NCBI RefSeq assembly: GCF_001194135.2
Contig: NC_068982.1
Coordinates: forward strand, 177,910,231-177,974,230
From: Octopus bimaculoides
Lineage: Eukaryota
Length of the DNA: 64,000 bases
Direction: 5' to 3'
The translations under genes were made by a program, and so were the position numbers. The notes below the pieces were generated by a model. The model made no database searches and had not been told where the DNA came from. It saw nothing but the letters and a program-made list of their open reading frames with translations. Numbering within the stretch: position 1 is the first letter of the stretch; every line of letters starts with the position of its first letter. Below, piece by piece: positions 12,501-23,485 of the stretch.

Positions 12501-15304
12501 TACAAACTTTTGATGTCTCCAACTAAATACTGACCATTTTTTATTCCCCTTTTTAAGTGCAACCAACCCTTAATTTCTCACAAAATTTTGCAGGAAACAC
12601 AGTTGTACTTACTTTTGCAGTTGTTTTCCCTTTAATGTAATTAGTTGACGCACATTTAAGTTTTTCTTTCTTGAACTCTTCTTGTTTCCTAAAAAGTTCT
12701 GCTTTCAGTTCAATCAACTATGAAAAATATTACACCAAAAGTAGGAATTATTAAATGAAAAAACTATTAACAGTCAATATGTAACAAAATATCCTGAAAA
12801 TAAAGTAAATAAAAACATATTATTAAAAGTAAATTATTTATAAAATTTACTCTTACAGTAAATTTATTTATCAGATTAGAAACATGCAAAATTCAGTAAG
12901 TATAAAAGCCCAAAACAATTTTCACATGAGTGAAATCATAGTCATGGCCAATGCCGGTGCCACCCATCCCAGTGGCATGTAAAAGGCACCATTCAGGCAT
13001 GGCTGATGTCAATGCCACCTGACTGGCACCCATGCCAGTGGCACATAAAAAGCAACATCTGAGCGTGACTGATCCCAGTGTCACCTGACTGGCACCCGTG
13101 CTGGTAACACATAAAAAGCACCATTCAAGCATAACTGATGCCAGTGCCATCTGACTAGCTCCTGTGCTGGTTGCACATAAAAAGCACCCACTACACTCTC
13201 AGAGTGGTTGGCATTAGGAAGGGCAATGAGCTGTAGAAATCTTGCCAAATCAGATTGGTGCCTGATGCAGCCTCCCAACTTGCCAGTCCTCAGTCGAACT
13301 GCCCAACCAATGCCAGCATGGAAAGTAGACGTTAAATGATGATGATGATGAAGAAGAGAATCTTATTTTTCAGAGAAGCAAATTGGAATAAATAATGTTT
13401 CTTTTGCTTAAAATTATAATGCAATTCCAAAAGAAAATTATCACCACAAGCATCATTATCACTGTTTTAATGTCCACTTTTCCACTTGCATAAGTCAAAC
13501 GAAATTCAGTGAAGCAATTTCTCTTCAGCCGGATGCTCTTCCTGTTACCAATTCTCACCTTTTCCCAAGCAAAGTAAGACAGTCTTCCCAATGGCATGTA
13601 GAAAAGAGAGGAAAGTAATGAGAAGAGAGGGAGTGATAGACAGCTATGTGAAGCTTGTTGGTAAGGTGATTTAATAGCAACAACAGTGTGAATGGTATGG
13701 TAGGTGTGATAGAAAATGGGTGACAGAAGAGGGAGTACTGGATAGTGGCAGCTTGTGTATAGGCACTGCAGAACTGCAGCACCTCCTATTTCTACTTGAT
13801 ATTATTGATAACATTCAATATAATGAGTCCTTTTCTCTTTAATTCTTTCTTTATACTTGTACATTATATAATCCTTAATTTTAATGTCAGTAGCTATCCC
13901 CTAGTTTATGAAAAAAATGCAAAAATTCTTGGATAGAACTGTGCGCTTCACAGTTCCAGCGATGCAGTATTTGGCTGTTGTGCACATGCTCACATGTCTG
14001 AGACAGAAAGTTGCATGCTAGAGAGAGAGTGCACTGTGGTTCATGTAGTGCTGACACTGATGAAAGGTAGTGTTTCTTTTTGATTCCATGTGTGTTGTGT
14101 TTAAAAACGTGTTTATATTCTTGAATATGATAAAGTGTAGAATCAGATTATTATCCTGCTTCCAGCTAGTGTTGCTGCCATGATTTGAAAAATAGGGCAG
14201 ATTTTCCCCACTTATTTTGTGATTTAGGGGGTATTTTTGGAAAACAAAGGGGAATTTATAGTGGTGTTCAGTGAACAAATTAAACACACTACTCAGCAGT
14301 GGCTAAAATGTGAACCGATCAAGTTTATGTATAAATATTTTTTTTTATATGTTTGTTTCCTTTTACACAATATTAAAACTAAAAATTTTCTGAAGCAGCA
14401 CTGCCAATAATTTTATCTACGAGCTGCCACTGGTACTGGGAGAGAGAGTAATGACTAAAGTGAGACACATTGATGCAAATATTTTATTTAATGTCTTTTG
14501 GCGGGCGGAGGGCTTCGGGTTAAAGACAGTAGGGTGTAATTTAAAGTAAATTTAGCTGCTGTTTCTTGTAGGCTATCCTACTTGTCACATTTTTTCTACA
14601 AGCACCAGCCTGCACAAGTTCAAATTGATCATTGAGTTCACATGTTTGGGAAAGCCTGCAAGGAACATAGCTGCTGCCACATCTCCCTCCTCCAACTGAA
14701 TAATCCAAACAAAAATATCACAAAAGATGGGTCTCCTTTTGAGAGCCAAAAAATACCTGTCCTGTAGAGTTGCTGATCCTATAGAAGTCAGAAATGTGTC
14801 TTAGAGAACCTGCAAAAGTCATAGGCACAACCCTTTCTCCAGACAAATCTATTCACATTTGAGACAATGGACTAGATTTTAAAAATTCATCTAACTGAGA
14901 CAAACGTTTATTCCTTGAGCAAATATAGGAGACTCTATGTAGTTATCCTACTAGCTAGAAATGGTATTCTACAGTCTCAAAAAAGATATATTACATAATG
15001 TTGTCAGAGATGACTGAACAAGGCAAGATTATAGTTGGAATACTTTAGGTCGTAGGTCTACTGACATGGGGCTACACAAAAAAACATTCATTCTTATAAC
15101 TTTAGCAGATACATCTTTTATGTTTTACTTGTTTCTGCCATTGGACTTTAGCCATGCTGAGGCACCACATTGAAGGGTACAGTCAAACAAATCGACTCCT
15201 GTATTAATTTTTAAAATCTGGTATTTATTCTATTGATATCTTTTGTTGAACCGTTTAGCTCGGGACGTAAACATATCAACATTGGTTGTCAAACAAAAAC
15301 ACAC

Positions 15305-15335
<31 letters not shown>

Positions 15336-16073
15336 CTCGCACACACGCAACGGGCTTCCACACAGTTTCTGCCTACAAAATAATTCACTCATAAGGCATT
15401 GGTCGACCTGGGTTACTTGCCCAAGGTGCCGTGCAGTGAAACTGAACCCGAAACCGCCTGATCGCAAACCACACTGCCATGCCAATGCCTATTGAAACTT
15501 TTTTTTCTCTCTCATGATTTCGTCAAAGGAGGAACGAGCAGTATTTATAGTCTTTTTTTTTTTGTTTAATACTTTCCGAGTCTTTCGGGAGGTACCAGAT
15601 GGTGGCGTTTAACTGAGTAAAAGATTATGTCTATCAACTTCAGTTTTCAAGGCTTCTGTTCACTCGAAGTTATAATAGAAGACACTTGCTGAAGGTGCTG
15701 TGTAGCGAGATTGAACCTAAAAGCATGTCATTGTAAAGCAAACTTCTTAACATCTGCACCCTCCCCGAACTGCTAGTTTATCATCCTTTCTTATACTCTG
15801 CATTTATCCATTCCTTCTTCCTAAAAGCTGTATTCCTTTAGAATTGTTTTCCCCTACTGGTTACTATTATATTAGTTTTATTGTGTAACCTTAGCCCTCA
15901 TTGTTCACTTATTTTTCTTTTTATACAATTATGAAAATATACACGAGGTAAAATTGAAAAAAAAACAAAATATATATATGTATATATATTAAACTCTAAT
16001 GTCATAAACATTTCATGTGCAATATATAGTGAAATATTCCATTACATACCCCAGCTGAACTAACGTTGGACAT
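2243..16073 (-). CDS. CCDC174: CCDC174 (coiled-coil domain-containing protein 174), gene model of 8 coding exons, 3'-partial (continues left of position 1)
   Basis: Spliced translation MSNVSSAG-LIELKAELFRKQEEFKKEKL...W-IEYTDSLGRTRTCLKKDL...EKWDAEERKAVEGPIGPIHYENVRFD-EVRTHGVGYFRFSKEEMERKEQM matches remembered CCDC174 motifs (LVDLKAELFRKQEEFK, WVDYVDSLGRSRRC, PMGPVHYEDIR, LGVGYFAF). All introns are GT-AG and phases are consistent (798 nt in total). Confidence 0.95.
2910..3200 (-). mobile_element. RTE LINE 3' end (5'-truncated), (GAT)n tail
   Basis: catcatcatcgtttaacgtccgctttccatgctagcatgggttggacg... identical in type to the tail of the RT-bearing copies at 8480-9535 and 52750-53850. Confidence 0.8.
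4357..4529 (-). CDS. CCDC174: CCDC174 exon 7 (KNSEEIQ...EKWDAEERKAVEGPIGPIHYENVRFD)
   Basis: 173 nt, ttacag| ... |gtaac, phase 2/1; lies inside ORF 4289..4603. Confidence 0.95.
5357..5458 (-). CDS. CCDC174: CCDC174 exon 6 (IEYTDSLGRTRTCLKKDLTFMQDRDKELGLLPT)
   Basis: 102 nt, ttttatag| ... |gtaaat, phase 2/2; conserved W-x-x-Y-x-D-S-L-G-R motif. Confidence 0.95.
6485..6623 (-). CDS. CCDC174: CCDC174 exon 5 (DEDGSQIFLVDFQKKAIDK...DDPEEQW)
   Basis: 139 nt, attag| ... |gtaaa, phase 1/2; LVDF motif. Confidence 0.93.
7471..7532 (-). CDS. CCDC174: CCDC174 exon 4 (RKVLELKSQLYEKITNDQNIP)
   Basis: 62 nt, ttttccag| ... |gtaagt, phase 2/1; corresponds to KLEEKAKLYEKM. Confidence 0.93.
8480..9535 (+). 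mobile_element. 5'-truncated RTE-clade LINE (RT C-terminus, 3'UTR with tandem units, (GAT)n tail)
   Basis: Frameshifted RT C-terminus (AMLHGSETWAVT, CWMCNVSMHTRQSVSTLREKLDLRSIRCSMQERQLRWSGRVARMDEDSCVKKC, GRPRKTLDEVV) runs directly into the repeat tail. Confidence 0.85.
9795..9892 (-). CDS. CCDC174: CCDC174 exon 3 (KTTILRKNSGVDERAKKDYVAKKEEEDSLEKS)
   Basis: 98 nt, ttcag| ... |gtgag, phase 0/2. Confidence 0.92.
10047..10266. mobile_element. piggyBac-type MITE (degraded copy)
   Basis: Flanked by TTAA at 10043-10046 and 10267-10270; same family as 41172-41389 and 43401-43621. Confidence 0.6.
12613..12717 (-). CDS. CCDC174: CCDC174 exon 2 (LIELKAELFRKQEEFKKEKLKCASTNYIKGKTTAK)
   Basis: 105 nt, catag| ... 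|gtaagt, phase 0/0, strongly conserved motif. Confidence 0.95.
12945..13350 (+). mobile_element. RTE LINE 3'UTR fragment with four ~66 nt tandem units
   Basis: GCAC(A/G)TAAAAAGCACC-like motif at about 12974, 13040, 13106 and 13173, followed by the standard tail. Confidence 0.75.
15120..15490 (-). mobile_element. CORE-type SINE
   Basis: acttgcccaaggtgccgtgcagtgaaactgaaccc, internal (TG)n(TA)n, shared 3' half. Confidence 0.65.
16050..16073 (-). CDS. CCDC174: CCDC174 coding exon 1 (MSNVSSAG)
   Basis: First in-frame ATG after an upstream TGA; donor GGG|gtatgt; phase 0 joins LIELKAELF; resembles the VTASS-LVDLK junction of homologues. Confidence 0.75.
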
Positions 16074-17310
16074 TTTACTTTCTACACAGAAACACCGACT
16101 TTGCAGATGCCATCAGTAAATTCGTAGTCGTAAAACTTTGTTTATATTTATATTGCGAGTATTTTTATAAAATGATAAACTCTTACTTTATCAATAAATA
16201 ATAATAAATTAAGTATACATATAGCTCTCTCTTAGTAGTCTCATTTTATTAAGGTTAACTATTTTAGTATATTAAGTTTAACAACGAATTGTATGTTTAC
16301 GTCTTTGGTGCGAATTGATTTCTGTATAATTGTTTCAAACTGAATTCGATGTGGAGGAGATTGTATATTGCACTTTTATATTGTCTTTCCCAGCTGTTTT
16401 AGCAATGAAATTTAAGTGTTTTAATTGATGGTATATACAGGACTCAGTTACTCACAATCTCTGTCACATTACAATATTTGATTTTATTAGATATAATAAT
16501 TTCAATATATCACTGTTCTTCTGATCGAGTTTTCCCAACTAAACACATTCAACCAAATTTTGTTTAGCCACTTGTTATGGTTATAGATACTGTAGTTGCA
16601 CTTTCTTAAAATAGTGAAACGACACCTTCTAAAAAAAAAAAAACATTTAAAAATTTCTCTGTCACAGCATTCTCTAAACCAGACACGGGTCTTATTTAAA
16701 CCTTTATAACTATAATACACATGTCATGATTATGTATAATACTTTGTACTAAAAGTTTGTAACATGGAAATCTGACAATACAATTTTAATGATTTGCTGT
16801 TCAACATAGCAGTGCAATTTCTGATTTCATTTTATTTTCGCCCTACTTATTTCAAACCATTACATTGCAAGTATTGCATCATTAATTTATACTATTGCTT
16901 TATCTTTGGGAGTAAAAATTTGGTCAGCATAGTTGTTCAAAATAAGCATTTGAAACAGGTACTTCTTTCTAAAGAAATTTTTCCTCAATTTTGACCCGAT
17001 TGTAATTGAGGTTACTAATAAAATATCCGGATATCTTTTGATTTTTAACAATCAAAGTTCTATCAATTTTCCCCACACAAATGTCTAATTAAATAATTTT
17101 CAAATTCCAAAAGATGATGTCTAGAATGGGGCAAAATGAGTAATGGCTAATTTCAATTTCTTTTCTTTAACTCCTTGGTGGGTGAATAAATATATCAGGA
17201 AGAGAGCCACTTTAGCAGATCGTGAAGAAGAATATTTTATGTTGAGTTTTTAGATTTAGTCAAATTTCGTTAACTTCATACCGTGTTCTTTTTTTCCATG
17301 AGCCCCTAGG

Positions 17311-17809
17311 NNNNNNNNNNNNNNNNNNNNNNNNNNNNNNNNNNNNNNNNNNNNNNNNNNNNNNNNNNNNNNNNNNNNNNNNNNNNNNNNNNNNNNNNNN
17401 NNNNNNNNNNNNNNNNNNNNNNNNNNNNNNNNNNNNNNNNNNNNNNNNNNNNNNNNNNNNNNNNNNNNNNNNNNNNNNNNNNNNNNNNNNNNNNNNNNNN
17501 NNNNNNNNNNNNNNNNNNNNNNNNNNNNNNNNNNNNNNNNNNNNNNNNNNNNNNNNNNNNNNNNNNNNNNNNNNNNNNNNNNNNNNNNNNNNNNNNNNNN
17601 NNNNNNNNNNNNNNNNNNNNNNNNNNNNNNNNNNNNNNNNNNNNNNNNNNNNNNNNNNNNNNNNNNNNNNNNNNNNNNNNNNNNNNNNNNNNNNNNNNNN
17701 NNNNNNNNNNNNNNNNNNNNNNNNNNNNNNNNNNNNNNNNNNNNNNNNNNNNNNNNNNNNNNNNNNNNNNNNNNNNNNNNNNNNNNNNNNNNNNNNNNNN
17801 NNNNNNNNN
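17311..17809. other. Assembly gap (N run)
   Basis: N bases; other gaps at 1187-1196, 29902-29938, 35135-35810 and 47200-48142. Confidence 1.
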
Positions 17810-18114
17810 GGAGATTTAGTGCTCGGGTTGTGTGAATTTTCCGAGCCCTCTCTCCATTTTCGCATCGCGCAATTTTTCCTTCATATTTGTTCAATATACG
17901 GTGCACTTCAACTACTACACTATTTTTTTTTCAATTTTTCCACCGGGTGCGGATCTATATAAAAACCGTTTTTGCAAGGTAGTGAACACTTATAGAAAAT
18001 CTGTTTCTTCTCAAAGTCAAAAAATGCAGTAAATATTACTCATTGTCCCCTCTACCTATATTGTTCTCAATACTACATATAATGTTAGATTATTCCTATC
18101 TTTTCGTTTTGACT

Positions 18115-18397
18115 TGCAGGACTGTCGTTGTTGTTAGTTAATTTCCGTAAAAACATTTTATTTATTCACTTTTGTTTTAAACTGAAAGAGAGGAGTAAGT
18201 GAAAGATGTATGTGTGTGTGTGAGAGTGAATTAAGAGGTGTGTTGTCATGTATACGTACATACATAAATACATGTGCATACATCTTTTTTTGTATGTGTG
18301 TGTGAGAGAGACAGAGTGATGTTTAAGTGGCTCTCTCTCACGCACACATGCAAAAGAGATGTATTTATGTATGTATGTATACATGACAACACGCCCC

Positions 18398-18464
<67 letters not shown>

Positions 18465-18600
18465 GTCCATTTCATAAACACGTACATACAGCTTTCACTT
18501 TCTCCTTTTTCGTTTTAAAACAAAAGTAAATAAATTTTTAAAAATTACGGAAATTAACGAACAATCATATGGTCCCATATCGAATTTTGACAGTCCTGAG
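18115..18600. repeat. Fold-back (long imperfect inverted repeat) element with microsatellite-bearing arms
   Basis: caggactgtc/gacagtcctg, taatttccgtaa/ttacggaaatta, cttttgttttaa/ttaaaacaaaag, gtgttgtcatgtatac/gtatacatgacaacac and gagagag/ctctctc all pair around a centre near 18320. Confidence 0.7.
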
Positions 18601-18949
18601 GGCTATACCGAAGGAACGCCGGAGAATTGTAATTTCAGTACATAATAAACAAAACTGCTGAATATCGTTTAACAACAGTTTTATTTACATTCCATACTGG
18701 TAGCTAAATCAATGTATCCGATATAGGCTACAGCAATTAGAGCATAGCACATGACCCCGATTTCCACATTTAAAAAATAATGCAGCCAAAATGAATTTAC
18801 AAATAAACTCATTGGAGTAAATATTACCAAAATTAACATGAATATAGCATTCTACAAGTTTATTGATTAGTTTTATGCATACAAACACACACACAGGGTT
18901 CAAAAGGTTTTGAGGATACTTACCACTTAAAAGGTTATTATTTCTTTCA

Positions 18950-19990
18950 GATTCCCAATAGCAGATAAAATGCTAACACGAAAAATGAAAAGATATGCAC
19001 TCGTTGTTGCCATATGTGTTGAATACGGCAATTTAGGAATTGTTGACTTTCTAAAACCTGAGAGAGCTTCTGTACACAAATCAGACGGAATACTCTGGCA
19101 AGAATGTTGTAACTGTGTCAAAGAAAAAAGAAACATTTTAAAACTTTCAGATACAAGGGCACTGCAGTTCATCCAATGGGTTCAAAATATTATCTATGGT
19201 GATCCCTGAAAATCAACGGGTTCGCACTGTCGTTCTTACAAGTTGTATGTAATGAGGAGAGGCCAATTCATATCTGCAAAGACACAAGATCCATGCCAAA
19301 CAGCTAATTACCAAGGTTAAAAACCATCATGAACGTAGTATACTTTGGTTCTTTTCTGAAGAGGAAAACTCTAAAACCAAAAGTCTAACAAGACAAATGA
19401 CATAATTATGTGCAAATCCTTCTGGTGTCCTCAGAGTGATGCACATTAAGTTTACAGCAGCTGGAAACCATCAGAATATTGGGAAAGAGTTACCTATATC
19501 ATGATGATTTACACCAGGTGTCAAAATTCCAAAATCATGATTACTATTCAATGTTCTATCAACACTAATGGTTGTAAGACGTGATATGAACAGCTGCAAT
19601 GGAAACTATGGAGCCATGGCCAACAGGAAGGAACACAGCAGGTATTTTGACTGCATCTGCATGCTGGGATTCATTCTCACAATTTTGAAGAGGGTCTTTG
19701 GCTCAATTCAGATGATTACGTGAAGCTGCTGGAGACTATAATATCAAAATGCCCACATCATGACTGCTTCTCAGTGCTCTGTGGACAGTGTAAAGGCTGT
19801 AAGATGTGACCTCGACAGCTGCAATGGAGATGATGAAGCCATGGCTAGCAGGCATTCTAACTGCACCTACTCACCAGAATTCATCTTCACATCTTTGAAG
19901 AGGGCCTTAGACTCAATTCAGATGGCTATATGAAGTTGCTGGTGACTAGTCAAAAACTGATTGGAAAGGATTGCTGCTAGAAGGCATTTT
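18950..19990 (+). mobile_element. Degenerate Tc1/mariner (maT/DD37D-like) transposase remnant with internal duplication
   Basis: MKRYALVVAICVEYGNLGIVDFLK resembles the N-terminal HTH; FEEGLWLNSDDYVKLLETI and FEEGLRLNSDGYMKLL resemble the GLRVNxxxYxxxLE segment; many stops. Confidence 0.55.
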
Positions 19991-20984
19991 ATGTATAGTT
20001 TAAGCTAGTTTAATGACCTGTAGCCCTGGAGATTTTTTTGAGAGTATAATTGTTTCTTCTTCGGACAAGTCTGATATGTTTGAAGAAAATAGCTACATGC
20101 CTTGCAAATTCCAAGAGATCCAAACCACTGGACCAACCTAATTAAACTATGTATGTGTGTGTGTGTGTGTGTGGGGGGGGGTTTAACAAAGTATACAGAA
20201 GAAATAGCATATAAACTGGTAAAAGGTTTGGCTGCATTAGAAGAAAATTTTGGTTATGAAAAGGCTGGGTATCTGAGCTGTTGGTAAAAGTTGTCCTTTT
20301 TTATTTTAACTATGTTGTAAAGGTTAAAAACTATTAAGCTAGTACTTTTAGATGCATTAAAATAAAATAGTTATGTAATTGCACCACTGTACCTTTTGTA
20401 GGATGCAGTGGTGCTATTTCACTCTGATTTACAGTTAAAGTTAGGTTTTTCACTTCCATATATTAATAGCAGCAAAAGATTTTTCACCCCACCATGCTTG
20501 TTTCAGTGCATCTAGATAGAATATAGATAGACATTTCTATTCAACAATTGCTCTATGGTCTTTGAAATTTTCTTCTATATTCTGAACTATCTCCCAAGTA
20601 CTAAATTAAGTTTGCACATGATCCTGACATTTTATGCACTATTAATTTTTTTTTCTTACAGCTGACATAGGTTTTTCTTTCATAATTTTTTCCAAATATA
20701 CTTCTCTAATGGTTGCTAATGTTGTTCTGCCACCAGTCAGGTCTAATTGAGTAAAACTATTATCAAAGACATTCCATCCTTATTCACACATAGTTTCTAT
20801 GATTGTATCCTGGACAATGTTTTTTTTAAGACAGTGGGTGACACCTGGCTCCCATTTCTAGCAGGTTGAGCTACCACATAAAAGCATCTTTTGTAAGCTC
20901 ATTCTTGCAAAGTTGACAGATTTGATGGATATACTGGTTTACTGTCTCTTTTATATGAAATTAACCTCCTGAAGGATTTTTCAG

Positions 20985-21243
20985 TGCCCCTGGACTGGCT
21001 TGTGCGGGTGGCACATAAAAGACACCATTTCGAGCGTGGCCGTTTTCGTGCGGGTGACACGTAAAAGCACCCACTACACTCTCTGAGTGGTTGGCGTTAG
21101 GAAGGGCATCCAGCTGTAGAAACTCTGCCAAATTAGATTGGAGCCTGGTGTTGCCATCCGGTTTCACCAGTCCTCAGTCAAATCGTCCAACCCATGCTAG
21201 CATGGAAAGCGGACGTTAAACGATGATGATGATGATGATGATG
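20985..21243 (+). mobile_element. Young RTE LINE 3' end
   Basis: CpG-retaining copy with (GAT)n tail; appears identical to 63775-64000 (minus). Confidence 0.85.
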
Positions 21244-21499
21244 TTAGACATTTCGGTATGAAGTGTGGAATCTATGAACAAAACAACACAGATACAAAAA
21301 TTAGTCATTTTATTTTATCATGAACCAACTTATTCCAAAACTTGTTTTGGTTTATAGAGGATGTTCACCATCTGCTTTAGTTTTGAGTGTTTTCTTTGTT
21401 CTTGTGTTTCACTCTGTCTTTCTATTTGTAGTGAATACTTTATGTTGTCATATTTATGGTACCCATTAATTCAAAATTAGATCCAGAAATAGGCAATTT

Positions 21500-22560
21500 G
21501 CTTTTGTCAACAGCTGTCTAACACCAAGCAGGCTGGCATCAACAGATGTGTCTGCATCCTCACCTTTTGGTCCTATGACAGCTATTCATCCGTCCAGATA
21601 CAATAGCATCAACATGTATTCATCATCACTTTTTGGATTTATCAAGTGGTGACCCAGAAGCTAGCAAAAGATATATTTGTGCAACACATGGCTTTCAGAT
21701 TCTTTCTCATTTAAGACTTCTGGTCCCTTCCCAAGAGGATTACTATTAATTTCACAGAATCCTTTTACTTGCCATTTCTCAACTAGGATTGATCTGTAAA
21801 TAGTGCACCTGCTGATAAAGCCTCCACATTTGCTGTTTAGTTTACTTCCAAGTCTACACACACACCAACAGCAACAACCTACTTTCTAAACCCTCTTCAG
21901 GTTACTCCCACAAAAGAAGACAATGTATCTGGCTGTGTCACATCTAATAATCTCAAAGTATGTTTTAGCACCAGCTCAGAGATCTATCCTGACCTCAAGA
22001 AGTGCAACTTTTCTAACCCTGCTGACTACTAGCCAATTTACATTATTTACATTATTTACATTTGACGGATATTTGTTGCTCTTGACATAAAAAAAATCTT
22101 TGAGGAGATATACAAGAATAACCTAAGCATCCATGACAGACTCTCACTGCTTCCATAAATAGACATCTCAGAAACATTTTTCCGTGAGAACATGACATCC
22201 TACTTTCTGCCAATTACACCAAGACACAATCACTACACACATAAAGGGAACAGTTTTGCACCACACTGTCCATTTGTGAATAATAAATTCCTGTGGTATT
22301 TGTATCTTAAAATTCATGCTATTTGCATGTTGGAATGGTATACCTGGAACAATGATATTGTAGCATACCTCCAGTCATTCTACAGACTATTAACATATCT
22401 ATTTAATCAGAGCTGATGATAAGGTAGAGCAAAGATTTAGATTAGCACCATGATTTCTGAATTCTGAAATCAGGTCAATAAATGGGTAGGCTGCACCTGT
22501 TGCCCATAAAGCTATTAATAAAATCATACTCATGGTTACATTTGTAATGAGCTTCATGCA
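21500..22560 (+). mobile_element. Highly degenerate LINE ORF2 (CR1/Jockey-like RT) remnant
   Basis: Broken motifs in the expected order: ADKASTFAV*FTSKST, PDLKKCNFSNPADY*PI (YRPI), FVALDIKKIF (LDxxKAFD), gctgatgat (ADD). Confidence 0.55.
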
Positions 22561-23358
22561 TCTAGGTGATGTTTTATTTGTTCACTATTTGCACTGGGTT
22601 CTAACAGACCAATGAGGGAACAGTACCTATAAGCCATGCATTGGCTATATAAGCAGAAATGAAGGCTAGCTCCTCTCTCTTTTTTCTATAAAATTCATCC
22701 AGAGCAAGGAACTAACAAAGAGAGAATTTTCTACTCATGTTCTAACTAGTCTCACATCTATATTTTCTACACCTACACATCAATCTTGCCAACCTGCTCT
22801 CTGGAAAATTTGGCAATCATAGAATTTAAACGTCACATTGAAAATTGTTCAGATTGATCAAAAGGTAACCCAAAAATTTAGATGTAAATTTTCCCAAACT
22901 CTTTGAGCTGATTTAACCTGCTCCATGCTCGTCTCTAAGGTGGTGCACTGGACAGCACTGTCTCCTCACTATTCAATGGTACACCCTCAGATTTACAGTG
23001 ATACACTTATGTCAAAACTCTAGCATTATTACAAATTAGTGCTCATCCAGAATATTCTGAAGCACCCCCAGGCACCAAAGTCTGGCAGTGGGCCTGCCCT
23101 GCTCTAGAACTAATAATCCAAGTCCTCCCCCACCATCACCACCTCCACAGTTATAGAGCTTCATTTCTCTGTTTGAGGTAGCCTGCATTGGAAAGGAATG
23201 AAAGTTGTCCATCATAAAGAAGCAAACTTGCAGAGAAGAAAGGCAGTTGGGGTGTGTGTGTGTAAGTATTAGAGAGAGGAGAAAATATGTAAATTCAGAT
23301 CCCCAAATTATTTGAGCTACAGAACTTGAGCAAGGAATCCAGAAGTGAGTTTAATATA

Positions 23359-23485
23359 CAGGGTGTCCACAAAGTCTGGCTACATGGAGTAAATAAAATC
23401 ATAACATAAACAATTAAATATAAGAAATAATAATTTCTTAAAGTATGTGTTAATCCCCATGTACCCAGACTTTGTGGACACCCTG
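23359..23485. mobile_element. 127 bp Tc1/mariner-type MITE
   Basis: 29 bp TIR cagggtgtccacaaagtctgg(c/g)tacatgg with one mismatch; TA duplication on both sides. Confidence 0.88.

Noticed and set aside
12950-13200. Repeat-spacer-like array (conserved GCAC..AAAAAGCACC every ~66 nt), also at 9090-9350 and 53440-53690, superficially CRISPR-like
   Set aside because: The intervening sequences are homologous to each other, the array is part of an RTE LINE 3'UTR, there are no cas genes, and the DNA is animal
21541-21861. Minus-strand ORF (MCRLGSKLNSKCGGF...) and adjacent protein-like text
   Set aside because: It is the antisense of a decayed plus-strand LINE ORF2
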